A stretch of 64,000 nucleotides of DNA from an uncultured delta proteobacterium (GCA_963775425.1 CAVZJB010000003.1:608001-672000), one strand, 5' to 3'; positions 21,922 to 35,855 are shown, counted from the first letter of the stretch. A program made the numbers and translations. The notes: a model not told the origin generated them from the sequence alone.

Positions 21922-23546
21922 ATGCGCCTTCGGTTTTCCCTCGTGGCCGTCCTCCTCGGCGTCGCCGCGTGCGGGCCGGCGCAGGGCAGGTTCCCGTTCC
22001 CCGTGTGCGTGAAGACGGTCGCGTCGGACGTCGACGTCCCCACGCAGCAAGCCGCGGACATCCTCATCGTCGTCGACAACTCGGGGTCGATGCAGGAGGA
22101 GCAGCAGAACCTCAAGGACAACTTCCTGAACCCGAACGCGGCCGAGTGCCCGCTGCAGGACCTCAAGAACATCCCCGAGCAGTTCAAGAACCCGTCGGTC
22201 GACCTCTACACGGGCGACGGCCCGCTGGCCAAGTGCGGCTTCGTGCAGCTCGTCGCCGCGTTCGACAACGACTTCCGCATCGGCGTCATCACCACGGACG
22301 TCGCCCTGTGCGACAACGAGCTGAACATCGCCCCCGCCGGCTGGGGATTTCATCCGCAGCGCGGCTGCCTGCAGCCCGACGGCGCCCCGGGCGGCGCCTC
22401 GCTGCACAAGGTCATCGCCCGCGCCGACCTCGAGGACGACGATCCCCAAAACGACGACCTGGCGGCGCGCTTCGGCGCCACGCTCGACAACATCGGCACG
22501 TTTGGCTCGCCCTTCGAGCGCGGCCTCGACGCCATGGACCTCTTCCTCGACCCTGACGCGGACCGCGAGCCCGACTGCGCGGGCGACCTCGACCTCTTCC
22601 GGCGCCCCAACGCGTCGCTCGTCGTGATCTTCCTCTCCGACGAAGAGGACTGCAGCCACGACCTCGGTGGCGCCCTCGATAGGTTCGGCAACGAGCTCGC
22701 GGGCAACACCGTGTGCGGCGAGTTTCGCGACCTCGTCACCAACGACTTCCAACCCGACCGCTGCTACTCGGACATCGCGGAGCTCTCGCCCGTCGACCTC
22801 TACGTGGACTCGCTCCGCGCACGCGACCCCAACGCCAAGGTCGCGGTCATCGCCGGCTCCGTAGACGGGCCCGACGGCAGCAGCATCCCCGAGGGGTGCC
22901 TCGTCGACACGAACGGCCTGCCCACCGGCGGCGCCGACGTGTGCTTCTCGAGCGAGGGGCTGTCGAACTTCGACGCGCCGGGCGAGCCCTGCGGCCCCGA
23001 CACCGCGGCCGACCGGAACAACCTCCCCTGCTGCGTCGCCGACGGCGGCGGCCGCTACTACGACTTCGCCGACAAGGTCGGGCGCAAGGCCACGGACTCC
23101 ATCTGCAACAGCTCGTTCCGCGGCACCATGCTCAACATCGCCGCGTTCATCGCCGCCGTCGACGTCGTCAACCTCGCCGAGGCGCCGGACAGCCCGAACG
23201 CCATCCTCGTGGAGCTCACGCGCGCGGGCTCCGACAAAGCGGAGGTGCTGCCGCCGCTCGATGACCCGTCGCTGTGCGACACCACCACGGGCTTCCTCCT
23301 CGAGAACGACACGCAGCTCCGCCTGTGCGGCGACGCGCGCGCGGGGCCGGGTGACAAGCTCGCCGTGCGCGCCCGCGGCGCCGACATCACCGAGGCGTCC
23401 TGCGCCAAGCCGTTCTTCGAGGCCTCCGGCGGCGCCGTCAACTGCGCGTCGTCGTCGCCGTCGCCGGCGGTGGCGGCGCTCGTCGCCGCGCTCGCCGCCG
23501 CGGGTCTCGCCCGCCGCCGCTCACGAGCGCGCGCACGGGGTGCCGC

Positions 23547-23550
<4 letters not shown>
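21922..23550 (+). CDS. vWA (MIDAS) domain Cys-rich lipoprotein with MYXO-CTERM-like tail
   Basis: Lipobox VAAC; DILIVVDNSGSM; VIFLSDEED; tail NCASS...ALAAAGLARRRSR. Confidence 0.8.
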
Positions 23551-25373
<1,823 letters not shown>

Positions 25374-25390
25374 GGGCAAAGGAGCAGGGC

Positions 25391-25426
25391 AAAAAGAAAC
25401 GCCGGCGAGCGCCGGCGTTTCCTCTT
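25391..25426. terminator. Probable bidirectional intrinsic terminator
   Basis: Perfect hairpin GAAACGCCGGC-GAGC-GCCGGCGTTTC, preceded by an A5 tract (U tract for the tRNA strand), between convergent genes. Confidence 0.8.
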
Positions 25427-25430
25427 CGTG

Positions 25431-25506
25431 TGGTTGCGGGGGTTGGACTTGAACCAACGACCTTCGGGTTATGAGCCCGATGAGCTACCAACTGCTCCAC
25501 CCCGCG
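25431..25506 (-). tRNA. Initiator tRNA-fMet (CAT)
   Basis: CGCGGGGTGGAGCAGTTGGTAGCTCATCGGGCTCATAACCCGAAGGTCGTTGGTTCAAGTCCAACCCCCGCAACCA; C1:A72 mismatch, GGG/CCC anticodon stem, encoded CCA. Confidence 0.97.
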
Positions 25507-25520
25507 TCGGTGGTGGCGGA

Positions 25521-25548
25521 TACATAACAGGTTCCGGATCTTCGTCAA
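25521..25548 (-). promoter_or_regulatory. Candidate sigma70 promoter for the tRNA
   Basis: TTGACG-N16-TATGTA with TG extension and a GC-rich discriminator. Confidence 0.5.
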
Positions 25549-25623
25549 GCAATCCGATCGCGGCTTGCCATGCGTGGAACCGCTCGCGGTCCCGCCGGCA
25601 CCTGGGATGCCGGCTCGCGCGCG

Positions 25624-25691
25624 GATCAGCGCGCCCGCTCCCTCCGGTCGCTGATCAGCGCGACCGCTCCCTCCGGTCGCTGATCAGCGCG
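25624..25691. repeat. 29-bp palindromic REP-like tandem repeat (2.3 copies)
   Basis: gatcagcgcg(c/a)ccgctccctccggtcgct x2 plus a partial copy; stem gcgaccg/cggtcgc. Confidence 0.85.
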
Positions 25692-26142
25692 GGCCGCGCT
25701 CGGCCTCCTCGGGCAGCTCCACGAGCACGCGGCGGCCGCCGTCGTCGTCGCGCAGGAGGACCCGGCCGACGGGGCGGCCTGCCACCGTGAGGTCGCCAGG
25801 CCACTCGACGAGCGCGAACGCGTCCGCGTCACCGAGCAGCTCGAGGAGCCCGAGCTCCTCGACGGCGTGCATCACCGGTTGGCCCTCGAGCCGGTAGAGA
25901 TCGAGGTGGTGCACGGGCGGCCGCGTCGCGTAGGTGCGGGCGAGCGCGAAGGTCGGGCTCTGCACCACGACGCCGCGGCCGCCCTCGAGCGCACGCACGA
26001 AGCCGCGGACGAACGTGGTCTTGCCCGCGCCGAGCGCGCCGTCGAGGAGCAGCACCAGCGGCGGCTTCACCTGCTTGGCGATCGCGGCGGCGAAGCGCTC
26101 GGTGGCCGCCGCGGTCCTCGTCACCCGCTCGACGACCCTCAC
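25684..26142 (-). CDS. tsaE: tRNA threonylcarbamoyladenosine biosynthesis ATPase
   Basis: GALGAGKTTFVRG, SPTF, HLDLYRL, VEWP. Confidence 0.92.
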   Translation of the reverse strand: MRVVERVTRTAAATERFAAAIAKQVKPPLVLLLDGALGAGKTTFVRGFVRALEGGRGVVVQSPTFALARTYATRPPVHHLDLYRLEGQPVMHAVEELGLLELLGDADAFALVEWPGDLTVAGRPVGRVLLRDDDGGRRVLVELPEEAERGPR

Positions 26143-26185
26143 CGTCCGCCCGCCGGCAGGCCGGGGCGCGCCCCTGCGGCGCGCG

Positions 26186-27754
26186 TCACCGGGAGAGCGC
26201 CGCGGGGAGGGCGTCGGCGATCTCGCCGGCGAGGTGCCCGCGGTCCTCCTGGGCGCCGAGGGCCGCGCCCGCCCTCTGGTGCGCCTGCACCGCCGCGAGC
26301 GCGGCGTGCGCCGGGGGCATCCCGCGCGCGAGCAGGCCGCCGACGGCGCCGGCGAGGACGTCGCCGCTGCCGGCCACCGAGAGGGCCGGGGCGTTCCCCT
26401 CGACGACGACGACGCGGCCGTCGTCGCCGAGCACCAGCGGGCAGCTCCCCTTGAGCACGGCCACGATGCCGGCGCCGCAGCGCTCCTTGAGCGCGCGCAG
26501 CGCGGCGACGCGATCGCGCTGGACCTCGGCGCTCGTGGAGTCGAGCACGCGCGCCGCCTCGCCCGGGTGTGGCGTCACGACGGCCCGGAGGCCGGCGAGC
26601 GCGCCGCCCGCCCGGGTGCGCACGAGGACGTCGACGGCCTCGGCGTCGACGACGCAGGGCACGCTCGCGGCCGCGGCGGCCTCGAGGAGCGCCCGCGCCT
26701 CCTCGCCGTTTTCGTGCCCGAGGCCGGGCCCGACGACGAGCGCCGCGATGCCCGACAGCGCGTCCGCCGCCCCGCTCGACGAGGGCGCGCCGAGGAGCCG
26801 CACCATGAGCTCGGCCTCCGGGAGCCCCTCCACCGCCGGGCGCGCCCCCGCCGGCGGCGGCGGCGGCACGAGCACGGACGCCAGCCCCGCGCCCGCCCGC
26901 AGCGACGCGCGCGCGGCCAGCCGCGAGGCGCCCGCGGACTTGCCCATGACGACGAGGACGTGCCCGAAGCGGCCCTTGTGCGCGTCGACGGCGGCGGCGG
27001 GCACGAGCGCGCGCGCGTCGACGAGCCGGAAGGCGGCGGGGGCGGCGTCGGCGGGCGCCAGGATGCCGATGTCGACGACGCGGACGACGCCGCAGCGGGT
27101 GACGCCGGGCTCGCTCGCGTGCGCGATCTTCTTGCCGGCGAAGGTGACGGTCTCGTCGGCGAAGATGCACGGCCCGAGCGGCGCCTCGCCGTCGGTGGGC
27201 AGGCCGCTCGGCAGGTCCACGGCGACGACGGGCACGCGGGCGCGCGACAGCCCCTCGACGACGCGGGCGCCGACGCCTTCGAGGGCGCGTGACAGCCCCG
27301 TGCCGAACAGGGCGTCGACGACGACGTCCGGCGTGGTGACGTCGAGGAGCTGTTGGACGTCGTCGGCGAGGTCCATCAGGAAGAACGGCCCGGCGAAGGG
27401 CGCGCAGCTCCACCCCCGCGCCTCGGCGGCCGCGAGGAACATCTGGGCGGCGAGGCTCGCGTCGCCGCCGAGCTCGTCGGGCGAGCGCAGGGTGACGACG
27501 GGGCAGGGGACGCCGGCGCCCCAGAGGTGCCGCGCGATCACCCAGCCGTCGCCGCCGTTGTTGCCCGGGCCGGCGAACACCACGGCGCGGGCGACGCCGC
27601 GGGCGCGCACGGCGTCGGCGACCGCCTTGCCCGCGTGCTCCATGAGCACGATGCCGGGCACGCCGAGGTCCTCGATGGTGTAGGCGTCCGCCGCCCGCGC
27701 TTGCGCCGCCGACCACAGGGGCTCGATGACGGGATCCACGGCTCGAAGGTACAC
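26186..27754 (-). CDS. nnr: Bifunctional NAD(P)H-hydrate epimerase/dehydratase (YjeF)
   Basis: LMEHAG, GPGNNGGDG, DALFGTG, DLPSG, HKGRFG, TPHPGE, GSGDVLAG; start uncertain. Confidence 0.92.
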   Translation of the reverse strand: MYLRAVDPVIEPLWSAAQARAADAYTIEDLGVPGIVLMEHAGKAVADAVRARGVARAVVFAGPGNNGGDGWVIARHLWGAGVPCPVVTLRSPDELGGDASLAAQMFLAAAEARGWSCAPFAGPFFLMDLADDVQQLLDVTTPDVVVDALFGTGLSRALEGVGARVVEGLSRARVPVVAVDLPSGLPTDGEAPLGPCIFADETVTFAGKKIAHASEPGVTRCGVVRVVDIGILAPADAAPAAFRLVDARALVPAAAVDAHKGRFGHVLVVMGKSAGASRLAARASLRAGAGLASVLVPPPPPAGARPAVEGLPEAELMVRLLGAPSSSGAADALSGIAALVVGPGLGHENGEEARALLEAAAAASVPCVVDAEAVDVLVRTRAGGALAGLRAVVTPHPGEAARVLDSTSAEVQRDRVAALRALKERCGAGIVAVLKGSCPLVLGDDGRVVVVEGNAPALSVAGSGDVLAGAVGGLLARGMPPAHAALAAVQAHQRAGAALGAQEDRGHLAGEIADALPAALSR

Positions 27755-27813
27755 CGAACGCCGCCGCGAGATGCGAGGGACCGCGCCCGCCGTGCCGTTC
27801 CCTGGGAGGCCCG

Positions 27814-30066
27814 TCAGCCCTCGTCGAGCATGCGCAGGAGCTCCCGCACCGTGTCGTCGTCCGGCTGCTCGGCCAGGGCCTCGCGGGCGTGGTGCATGGC
27901 GCGGCTCTTGTCGCCGGTGCGGTGGCAGAGCACCGCCATCGACGCGTGGGCCTCCGCCGACGTCGGCTCCAGGCGCAGCGCGTGCTCCAGCGCCGCCCGC
28001 GCCTCTCCGTAGAGCCGCTCGTCGCAGCAGGTGCGGCCGAGGTTGACGAGGAAGCCGACCTCGTCGGGCGCGAGCTTGACCGCGCGCTGGAACGCGTTGC
28101 GCGCGCGGGCGGGCCTCCCCGAGCGGTACAGCGCCACGCCGAGGGCGTTCACCGCCTCCGCGTGCTCGGGGAGCGCCTTCGCCGCCTTTTCGAGAAAGGC
28201 GACGGCGCGCGTGTGCTCCTCCAGCGACGACAACGTGCGCCCGAGGGCGAGGTTCATCTCGCCGTCGCTCGACGACTGCCGCACGGCGCGCTCGAAGGCG
28301 GGGACGGCGAGGTCGGGGCGGCCGAGCAGCTCGAAGCTCAGGCCGCGCAGGTAGTCGGTGTGGCCGCGGCCGAGGTCGCTGCGCGTGAGCGCCTGATCGC
28401 GGACGGCGAAGTAGGCCTCCGGCACGAGCGACAGCTCGAAGTGCCCGTGGCCGACGTCCGGCAGGCTCACGGTGCGATCGATGTGCAAGGCGTCGCTGCC
28501 GTCGTCGAAGAGGTCACCTTCGAGCTGGTGCGCGCGCTTGCGGGACTCCTCGAGGAGCTCGTCGCTCGAGTGCGCGCTCGCGAAGCACGCGGTGTTCTCC
28601 GAGAACGAGCGCACGCGCACCTCGTCCTCGTCGGGGATGAGCTGCTCGAGGACGCCCTTCACGAGGCTCGGGTGGAACGCGACGCTCGAGGCCTTGTCGC
28701 CCACGATGCACACCGCGCGGGCCACGCCCTGGCGGGTGCCCTGCTCGACGACGAAGGCGTGGCCGTCGAAGGAGAAGAACGGGAGCTGCCGCGTGGCCTC
28801 GTCGCGGTAGTGCTCGAAGCGCTCGGCGTGATCACCCGGTTGCCGCGTCACCACCGTGGCCGCGCTCTCCGACAAGCGCACCGCCACGAGGACGCTGTCG
28901 CCCTCTTCGTCGCCGGAGGGGACGGCGAGCGCCTCGGGGTACGCCTTCAGGTACTTGGGCGATCGCACGAGCACGCCGAGGTCGGCGCCGTCGAGCACCA
29001 GGTCCTCGAGGTGCGCCCGCTGCAGCCACGCATCGACGCTGAGCCCGCTCTGCCGCTGCGCCGCCGCGAGGTGGCGATAGTCGAGCGTGGCCGGTGGTGG
29101 ATCGGCGACCGGAGGGAGCGGCCGCGCACGATCGGCGACCGGAGGGAGCGGCCGCGCACGATCGGCGACCGGAGGGAGCGGCCGCGCACGATCGGCGACC
29201 GGAGGGAGCGGCCGCGCACGATCGGCGACCGGAGGGAGCGGCCGCGCACGATCGGCGACCGGAGGGAGCGGCCGCGCACGATCGGCGACCGCCGGAGAGC
29301 GCACGACGAAGCCCTCGCTGCGCACGTCGAAGCGCATCCCGACGAAGCGCCGCTCGAGGCCCTTCAACAGCGCGAAGAACGAGCGCAGCTCCGTGTAGAG
29401 CCCGCTCGCGCGCCGCGCGATGATCGAAAAGGGGCCTCGGCCCGTCCACAAGCCTTCGGCGAGGACGGCGCTCGTGCCGACGTGTGCCTCGAAGCGGCCG
29501 TCGGACACGCGCACGATCTGCGCGTCGTCGTCGACGCGGGCGGTGAGCCCCTGCGACTCCGCCGCGTGGCACATGGCGATGGCGACGGCCTCGACGTCGA
29601 CGAAGAAGATGATGCCGGCGTCGCCCTCGAAGCGGTGCGCGATGTCGCCGGCCCACTCCGACGCCGGCGGGGAAAACGGCGGTCGCGCGTCGCGCAGCGC
29701 GGACCAGGTGAGCGACGAGTAGCTGCGCCCGCCGCCCTCGATGACCCGCAGCGCCTCGTCGATCTCCGCCGACAGCTTTCGATCGCGCTCCGTGGAGAGC
29801 CCGTCGGTGCGTGGGATGACGAGGACCTCGACGGCCGGGTCGAGCGTGGCGAGCACCGCGCGCTCCGTTTCGTGCGCGGCGCCGACTGCCTCGAGGAGCC
29901 TCTTTCGGAACAGCTCGACGGGCGCCTTGGGCAAGCGCGCGAGCAGCGCGGGATCGATGCCGCGATCGAGCGCCTCCTGCGGTCGCGCTTCGAGGATGGA
30001 CCCCGAGCCCGCCGGGGCGCGCGCGCCCGCCTTGAGCCAGGAGCTGATGCGCGTGAGGAAGCGCAT
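27814..30066 (-). CDS. Tetratricopeptide-repeat protein with internal 10-aa tandem insertion
   Basis: C-terminal TPR motifs (NALGVAL, NLGR); (PVADRARPLP)6 insert. Confidence 0.78.
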   Translation of the reverse strand: MRFLTRISSWLKAGARAPAGSGSILEARPQEALDRGIDPALLARLPKAPVELFRKRLLEAVGAAHETERAVLATLDPAVEVLVIPRTDGLSTERDRKLSAEIDEALRVIEGGGRSYSSLTWSALRDARPPFSPPASEWAGDIAHRFEGDAGIIFFVDVEAVAIAMCHAAESQGLTARVDDDAQIVRVSDGRFEAHVGTSAVLAEGLWTGRGPFSIIARRASGLYTELRSFFALLKGLERRFVGMRFDVRSEGFVVRSPAVADRARPLPPVADRARPLPPVADRARPLPPVADRARPLPPVADRARPLPPVADRARPLPPVADPPPATLDYRHLAAAQRQSGLSVDAWLQRAHLEDLVLDGADLGVLVRSPKYLKAYPEALAVPSGDEEGDSVLVAVRLSESAATVVTRQPGDHAERFEHYRDEATRQLPFFSFDGHAFVVEQGTRQGVARAVCIVGDKASSVAFHPSLVKGVLEQLIPDEDEVRVRSFSENTACFASAHSSDELLEESRKRAHQLEGDLFDDGSDALHIDRTVSLPDVGHGHFELSLVPEAYFAVRDQALTRSDLGRGHTDYLRGLSFELLGRPDLAVPAFERAVRQSSSDGEMNLALGRTLSSLEEHTRAVAFLEKAAKALPEHAEAVNALGVALYRSGRPARARNAFQRAVKLAPDEVGFLVNLGRTCCDERLYGEARAALEHALRLEPTSAEAHASMAVLCHRTGDKSRAMHHAREALAEQPDDDTVRELLRMLDEG
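29101..29291. repeat. Perfect 30-bp tandem repeat, 6 copies plus a partial, in frame
   Basis: atcggcgaccggagggagcggccgcgcacg at 29101, 29131, 29161, 29191, 29221, 29251. Confidence 0.97.
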
Positions 30067-30151
30067 GGCCGAAATGTACCAAGCACCGACGTCGACGTCG
30101 TGGTGCGCACGTTCTGACACACATCGGTGAGACGTCGAACGCCGCGGCGGT

Positions 30152-31918
<1,767 letters not shown>

Positions 31919-31986
31919 GGAGGGGAGACTGCCGCAGGTCCGGCCTCGTTGACGAGAAGGAGGCGTGCCGTCGTACTGTTTCGACC

Positions 31987-33087
31987 GTGAAAACCCCTTC
32001 CATCGCCCAGTGCAGCGTCTGCGGGACCCAGTTCACACCGAGGGTCCGCTATCAGCTCGACAAGGGCGCCGACGGCGCCGTCGTCCGGGCCTTCTGCTCG
32101 CTGCCCTGCAAGGCCGGCGGGTCGGGGCGCGGCGTCGCCTGCGGCGTCTGCGGCGCCGCCTTCACGCTGACCTTCGCGTACCAGGCGCACAAGACGGCGG
32201 GCGGCCAGGTGCTCTACGTCTGCTCGGAGCGCTGCAAGGCGGCCTTCGACAAGCCGCCGCCGGCGCCGGCAGAGCGGCCGTACCGCGTGGCCGTGCTCAA
32301 CCAGAAGGGCGGCACCGGCAAGACCACCACGTCCATCAACCTCGCCGCGGGCTTCGCCGAGTCCGGCGCGCGGGTGCTGCTCATCGACGCGGACCCGCAG
32401 GGAAACGTCGGCGTCTCCCTCGGCGTTCACAGCGAAAAAACGCTCTACCACGTGCTGATGGGGGAGGTGTCCGTCGCCGACGCGGTGGTGCCGCTCGGCG
32501 AGAGCTTCGACATCCTCACCAGCGACGACACCCTCGCCGCCGCCGAGATCAAGCTCGCGCAGCACCCGCTGCGGGGCGGCGTCCTCAAAAAGAGCATCGA
32601 GAAGAACACCGACTACACCCACGTCGTCATCGACTGCGGGCCGTCGCTGTCGCTCATCAACCAGAACGCGCTGTGCACCGCCGACGAGGTGCTGGTGCCC
32701 GTCGCGTGCGACTACCTGTCGCTGGTCGGCGTGAAGCAGGTGCTGAAGACGGTGAAGAACGTGAACCAGCACCTCGGCCACCCGCTGCGGGTGGGCGGCG
32801 TGCTCCCCACGTTCTACGACGCGCGCGCCAAAATCTGCCGCGACGCGCACGAGGCCTTGAAGAAGCACTTCGGCCCCGTGTGCCTGCCGCCGGTGCGGAT
32901 GAACACCAAGCTCAAGGAAGCGCCCAGCCACAAAAAGACCATCTTCGAGCACGACCCCCACTCGTCGGGCGCCGCGGACTACCGGGCGGTGGTGAGGATC
33001 ATGCTCGAGCGCGCGCGCCACGCGACGTCGACGTCGCCGGCCGAGGCCGCCGCGCCCGCCGGCCGCGTGGTGGGGGGAGGCGCGTGA
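31987..33087 (+). CDS. ParA/Soj-family ATPase with two N-terminal Cys4 (TRASH/zf-FCS-like) repeats
   Basis: CxxC...FCSxxC and CxxC...VCSxxC; KGGTGKTT; IDADPQGN; IDCGPS. Confidence 0.88.
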   Translation: MKTPSIAQCSVCGTQFTPRVRYQLDKGADGAVVRAFCSLPCKAGGSGRGVACGVCGAAFTLTFAYQAHKTAGGQVLYVCSERCKAAFDKPPPAPAERPYRVAVLNQKGGTGKTTTSINLAAGFAESGARVLLIDADPQGNVGVSLGVHSEKTLYHVLMGEVSVADAVVPLGESFDILTSDDTLAAAEIKLAQHPLRGGVLKKSIEKNTDYTHVVIDCGPSLSLINQNALCTADEVLVPVACDYLSLVGVKQVLKTVKNVNQHLGHPLRVGGVLPTFYDARAKICRDAHEALKKHFGPVCLPPVRMNTKLKEAPSHKKTIFEHDPHSSGAADYRAVVRIMLERARHATSTSPAEAAAPAGRVVGGGA

Positions 33088-33422
33088 GCCCCCGGAAGAA
33101 GGCCGCCGGCGCCGACGACGAGCTGGGGCTCGGCGACGATCCCCTCGACGGCGCCGATCCGCTCGTCGAGCACTTCTACAAGCCCGCGCCGTCGACGCCG
33201 TCGCGCAAGCCACGCCCGCAGCGGGGCAAGGGACGGCAGCCCTTGCCCGACGGCAAGACCTGGCGCCTGGTGACGTTCTCCTTCTACGAGGACGACGTCG
33301 CGCGCCTGGACGCGCTCCTGGCCGAGGCCAAGAAGCGCGGCCACAAGCGCGTGAGCCGCTCGCAGATCGTGCGGCTGGCGCTGCGCAACGTCGACCTCGC
33401 CGACCTCCCCGACGTCATCTGA
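33084..33422 (+). CDS. Small ribbon-helix-helix-like ParA partner
   Basis: GTGA overlap; disordered N-terminus; LVTFSFYEDDVARLD...VSRSQIVRLAL beta-alpha-alpha pattern. Confidence 0.65.
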   Translation: MSPRKKAAGADDELGLGDDPLDGADPLVEHFYKPAPSTPSRKPRPQRGKGRQPLPDGKTWRLVTFSFYEDDVARLDALLAEAKKRGHKRVSRSQIVRLALRNVDLADLPDVI

Positions 33423-33458
33423 CCCTCGAGGGCCCGCCGCGCGGGTCGAGGGGGCGGC

Positions 33459-35855
33459 TCACATCTCGCCGGACGGGTCCGCGCCGAGCAGGAGCCTGTC
33501 GGCCCAGGCGGGATCGCTCGTGGCCGTGATGCGCAGCGGGGGCGGCGGCGCGTTGGCGGCGCGCGCCGCGCGCTCGGCGTGGTCGCGCAGGAGCAGGCGC
33601 ATCGCGGGGCGCTCGGCCTGGTCGGCGGCGTCGATGAGGATCTCGCTCGCTTCGGCCGCGCTGCCGAGCTTCACGAGCGCGGTGCCGAGCCCGAGCGCGC
33701 TCTGCTCGAGGAAGGACCGCGGCAGCTTCTGCTCCTCGAGGATGCGGCGGAAGGCGCTCGCGGCCTCGCGCAAAGCACCCACCTGCACCATGCGGCGCGC
33801 GTGGATGTAGCGGCCGACGGCGACGGAGATGCGCGGCTCGGAGCGGAGGTCAGCGGGGGAGCCGTCGTCGACGCCGAGCCAATAGTGCAGCCGCTCGAAC
33901 GCCGCCGCCCGCCGCGGCAGCGTGTGCGCGAGCAGCACGTCGAGCGCCGCCTGGCCGACGGGGGCGTGCCCCGCGGTGGTGACGATGGCCTCGGCGAGCA
34001 TGCGCTTGGCGAGGAGGGAGCGCTGGGCGTCGAAGGGCAACAGCTCGATGCGCGCCCGGTCCCAGCTCGCCATGGCGTCGCGCGTCTTGCCCGCCACCCA
34101 CTGCGCGTCGCCGAGCTCGGCGGTGCGGTCGGCGGCGTCGACGTCGTGGTCGACGGCGGCGAGCCGCCCCGCGGTGGCCTCGAGCGCGGCCGGGTCCTCG
34201 ACGTCGTACGCGTCGGCCAGGAGGTCCTCGATGGTCTCCCGGGAGGGCGCGGGCCCGAGCTCGTCGAGGGCCTTGTCGACCTCGCCGGTGCGCGCGAGCG
34301 CCCGGACCTCGCGCGCGCGGTCGGCGTCCTCGGGCGTGCAGATGTCGCTCAAGATGGACGGCCGCTCGAAGCGCCGCGCGGCCACGACGGCGGCGTCGGG
34401 CGGCAGCGGCAGCGCGTCGAGCATGGCGTCGTGGCTCCGTACGAGGTCGGCGGCCGCGTCGTCGCCGCCCATGGCCTTGTCGACGGAGCCCGTGCGGTAC
34501 AGCGCCGCCAACGCCCGCGTCGGCTCCGGCAGGCTCTTGGCGACGAGCGACTCGATGAACGCGCCGGCCGCGACGTACGCACGCGACGGGGGCTCGGTGA
34601 AGAACGACATGCCGCGGAACAACGACGCCGTCGACGGCGCCAGGCCCGCCCGCTTCATCGCCGCCGCCTGCTCCTTGAGCGTGAGCCCGTCGGCCACCGC
34701 GAGCTCGGGCGTGAGCGCCACGGCGAGGCCCTCGATGACCGCCGCGTGTTGGAACACGATGAAGTCGCTGGGGATGTGCAGGAGCGTGCTCGACAGCTCG
34801 CCGGCGACGGCGTGGGCGAGCTCGTGCCCGAGCGTCTTGTGCGGCACCTGGGCGCCCGTGATGTGCACCTCGCGGCGCCACGGGAAGGTGAAGTCGACGT
34901 GGGACGCCCCCGTCCAATACGCCTCGGCCTCGTGGTCCGCGTGGAGGTAGACGTTGATCTCCCCCTGCGGCTTCTGGCCGAGCCGGGCGTCGATGCGGTC
35001 GAGCCACAAGGTGCCCTCGGCGAGGACGGCGTCGACGTCCTTGGGCCGGAGCGCGAGCGGGTCGGCGTGCACGACGAGGAGCCCGCGCTTCTTCACGAGG
35101 GAGTAGCGCGCCTCCATGTCGGCCCGGCGAGGCATGAGCTTCGGGGCGCTGAGCCCGTGTGCGACGAGGCCGAGCACCAGGCTGACGGCGGCGGCGGCGT
35201 AGAGCGCACCCGGCGGCGCCGGCCGCTGCAGGCTCGAGCGGCGGGCGCGCGGATAGACGGCGGCGCCGGCGCACAGGAGGGCGACGCCGAGCAGCAGGGT
35301 GCCCGCGCGAAACGCGATGACGAGCGGCGGCATGGAGGCGCCCGCGAGGAGGTCGCCGTCGACGACGACGAAGAGGTGGCTGATGACGCGGAAGCCGGGC
35401 TCCCGGTACCACTCGACGAAGAGCCAGACGGCGAACGCGATCTCGAGGAGGAGCGCCGCGACGGTGGCGCGGCCGGGCCTGCCGAGGAGCCTGCCGACCC
35501 AGGTGCCGAGCGCGGTGTGCAACACGAGGACGGGGGCGGCGAGGAAGAAGAAGGGCAGGTAGCCACGCGCCGAGCTGCACGACGGCCGCAGGGCGCCGCC
35601 GGCGGCGGTGACGATGACGAACAGCGCGATCATCCCGGCGCCGACGAGGAGGGCGGGCAGGGCGTCCGCGAAGAACCCCTCCTGCGAGCGCGTGGAGGCG
35701 CGCGCGGCCTGGGCGAGGCAGAGGGCGACGCCCCCGACGACGCCGAGGACCTGCGCGCTCTCCGGCCCCGGGTTCGAGGTCAAGGGAAAGGCGAGGCACA
35801 CGACCGCTGCGACGACGGCGGCGCCGGCGGCGAGCACGAGCGCGACGAGCTTCAT
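33459..35855 (-). CDS. Polytopic membrane protein with gluzincin-like (HExxH..E) domain and helical-repeat C-terminus
   Basis: About 6 hydrophobic segments; HELAH then EGLA. Confidence 0.7.
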   Translation of the reverse strand: MKLVALVLAAGAAVVAAVVCLAFPLTSNPGPESAQVLGVVGGVALCLAQAARASTRSQEGFFADALPALLVGAGMIALFVIVTAAGGALRPSCSSARGYLPFFFLAAPVLVLHTALGTWVGRLLGRPGRATVAALLLEIAFAVWLFVEWYREPGFRVISHLFVVVDGDLLAGASMPPLVIAFRAGTLLLGVALLCAGAAVYPRARRSSLQRPAPPGALYAAAAVSLVLGLVAHGLSAPKLMPRRADMEARYSLVKKRGLLVVHADPLALRPKDVDAVLAEGTLWLDRIDARLGQKPQGEINVYLHADHEAEAYWTGASHVDFTFPWRREVHITGAQVPHKTLGHELAHAVAGELSSTLLHIPSDFIVFQHAAVIEGLAVALTPELAVADGLTLKEQAAAMKRAGLAPSTASLFRGMSFFTEPPSRAYVAAGAFIESLVAKSLPEPTRALAALYRTGSVDKAMGGDDAAADLVRSHDAMLDALPLPPDAAVVAARRFERPSILSDICTPEDADRAREVRALARTGEVDKALDELGPAPSRETIEDLLADAYDVEDPAALEATAGRLAAVDHDVDAADRTAELGDAQWVAGKTRDAMASWDRARIELLPFDAQRSLLAKRMLAEAIVTTAGHAPVGQAALDVLLAHTLPRRAAAFERLHYWLGVDDGSPADLRSEPRISVAVGRYIHARRMVQVGALREAASAFRRILEEQKLPRSFLEQSALGLGTALVKLGSAAEASEILIDAADQAERPAMRLLLRDHAERAARAANAPPPPLRITATSDPAWADRLLLGADPSGEM

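Noticed and set aside
25431-25700. tRNA as the attachment site of an integrated element
   Set aside because: No integrase and no duplicated tRNA 3' end seen in the window
29101-29291. 30-bp repeat as a CRISPR array
   Set aside because: Perfect tandem copies with no spacers, in frame within a CDS
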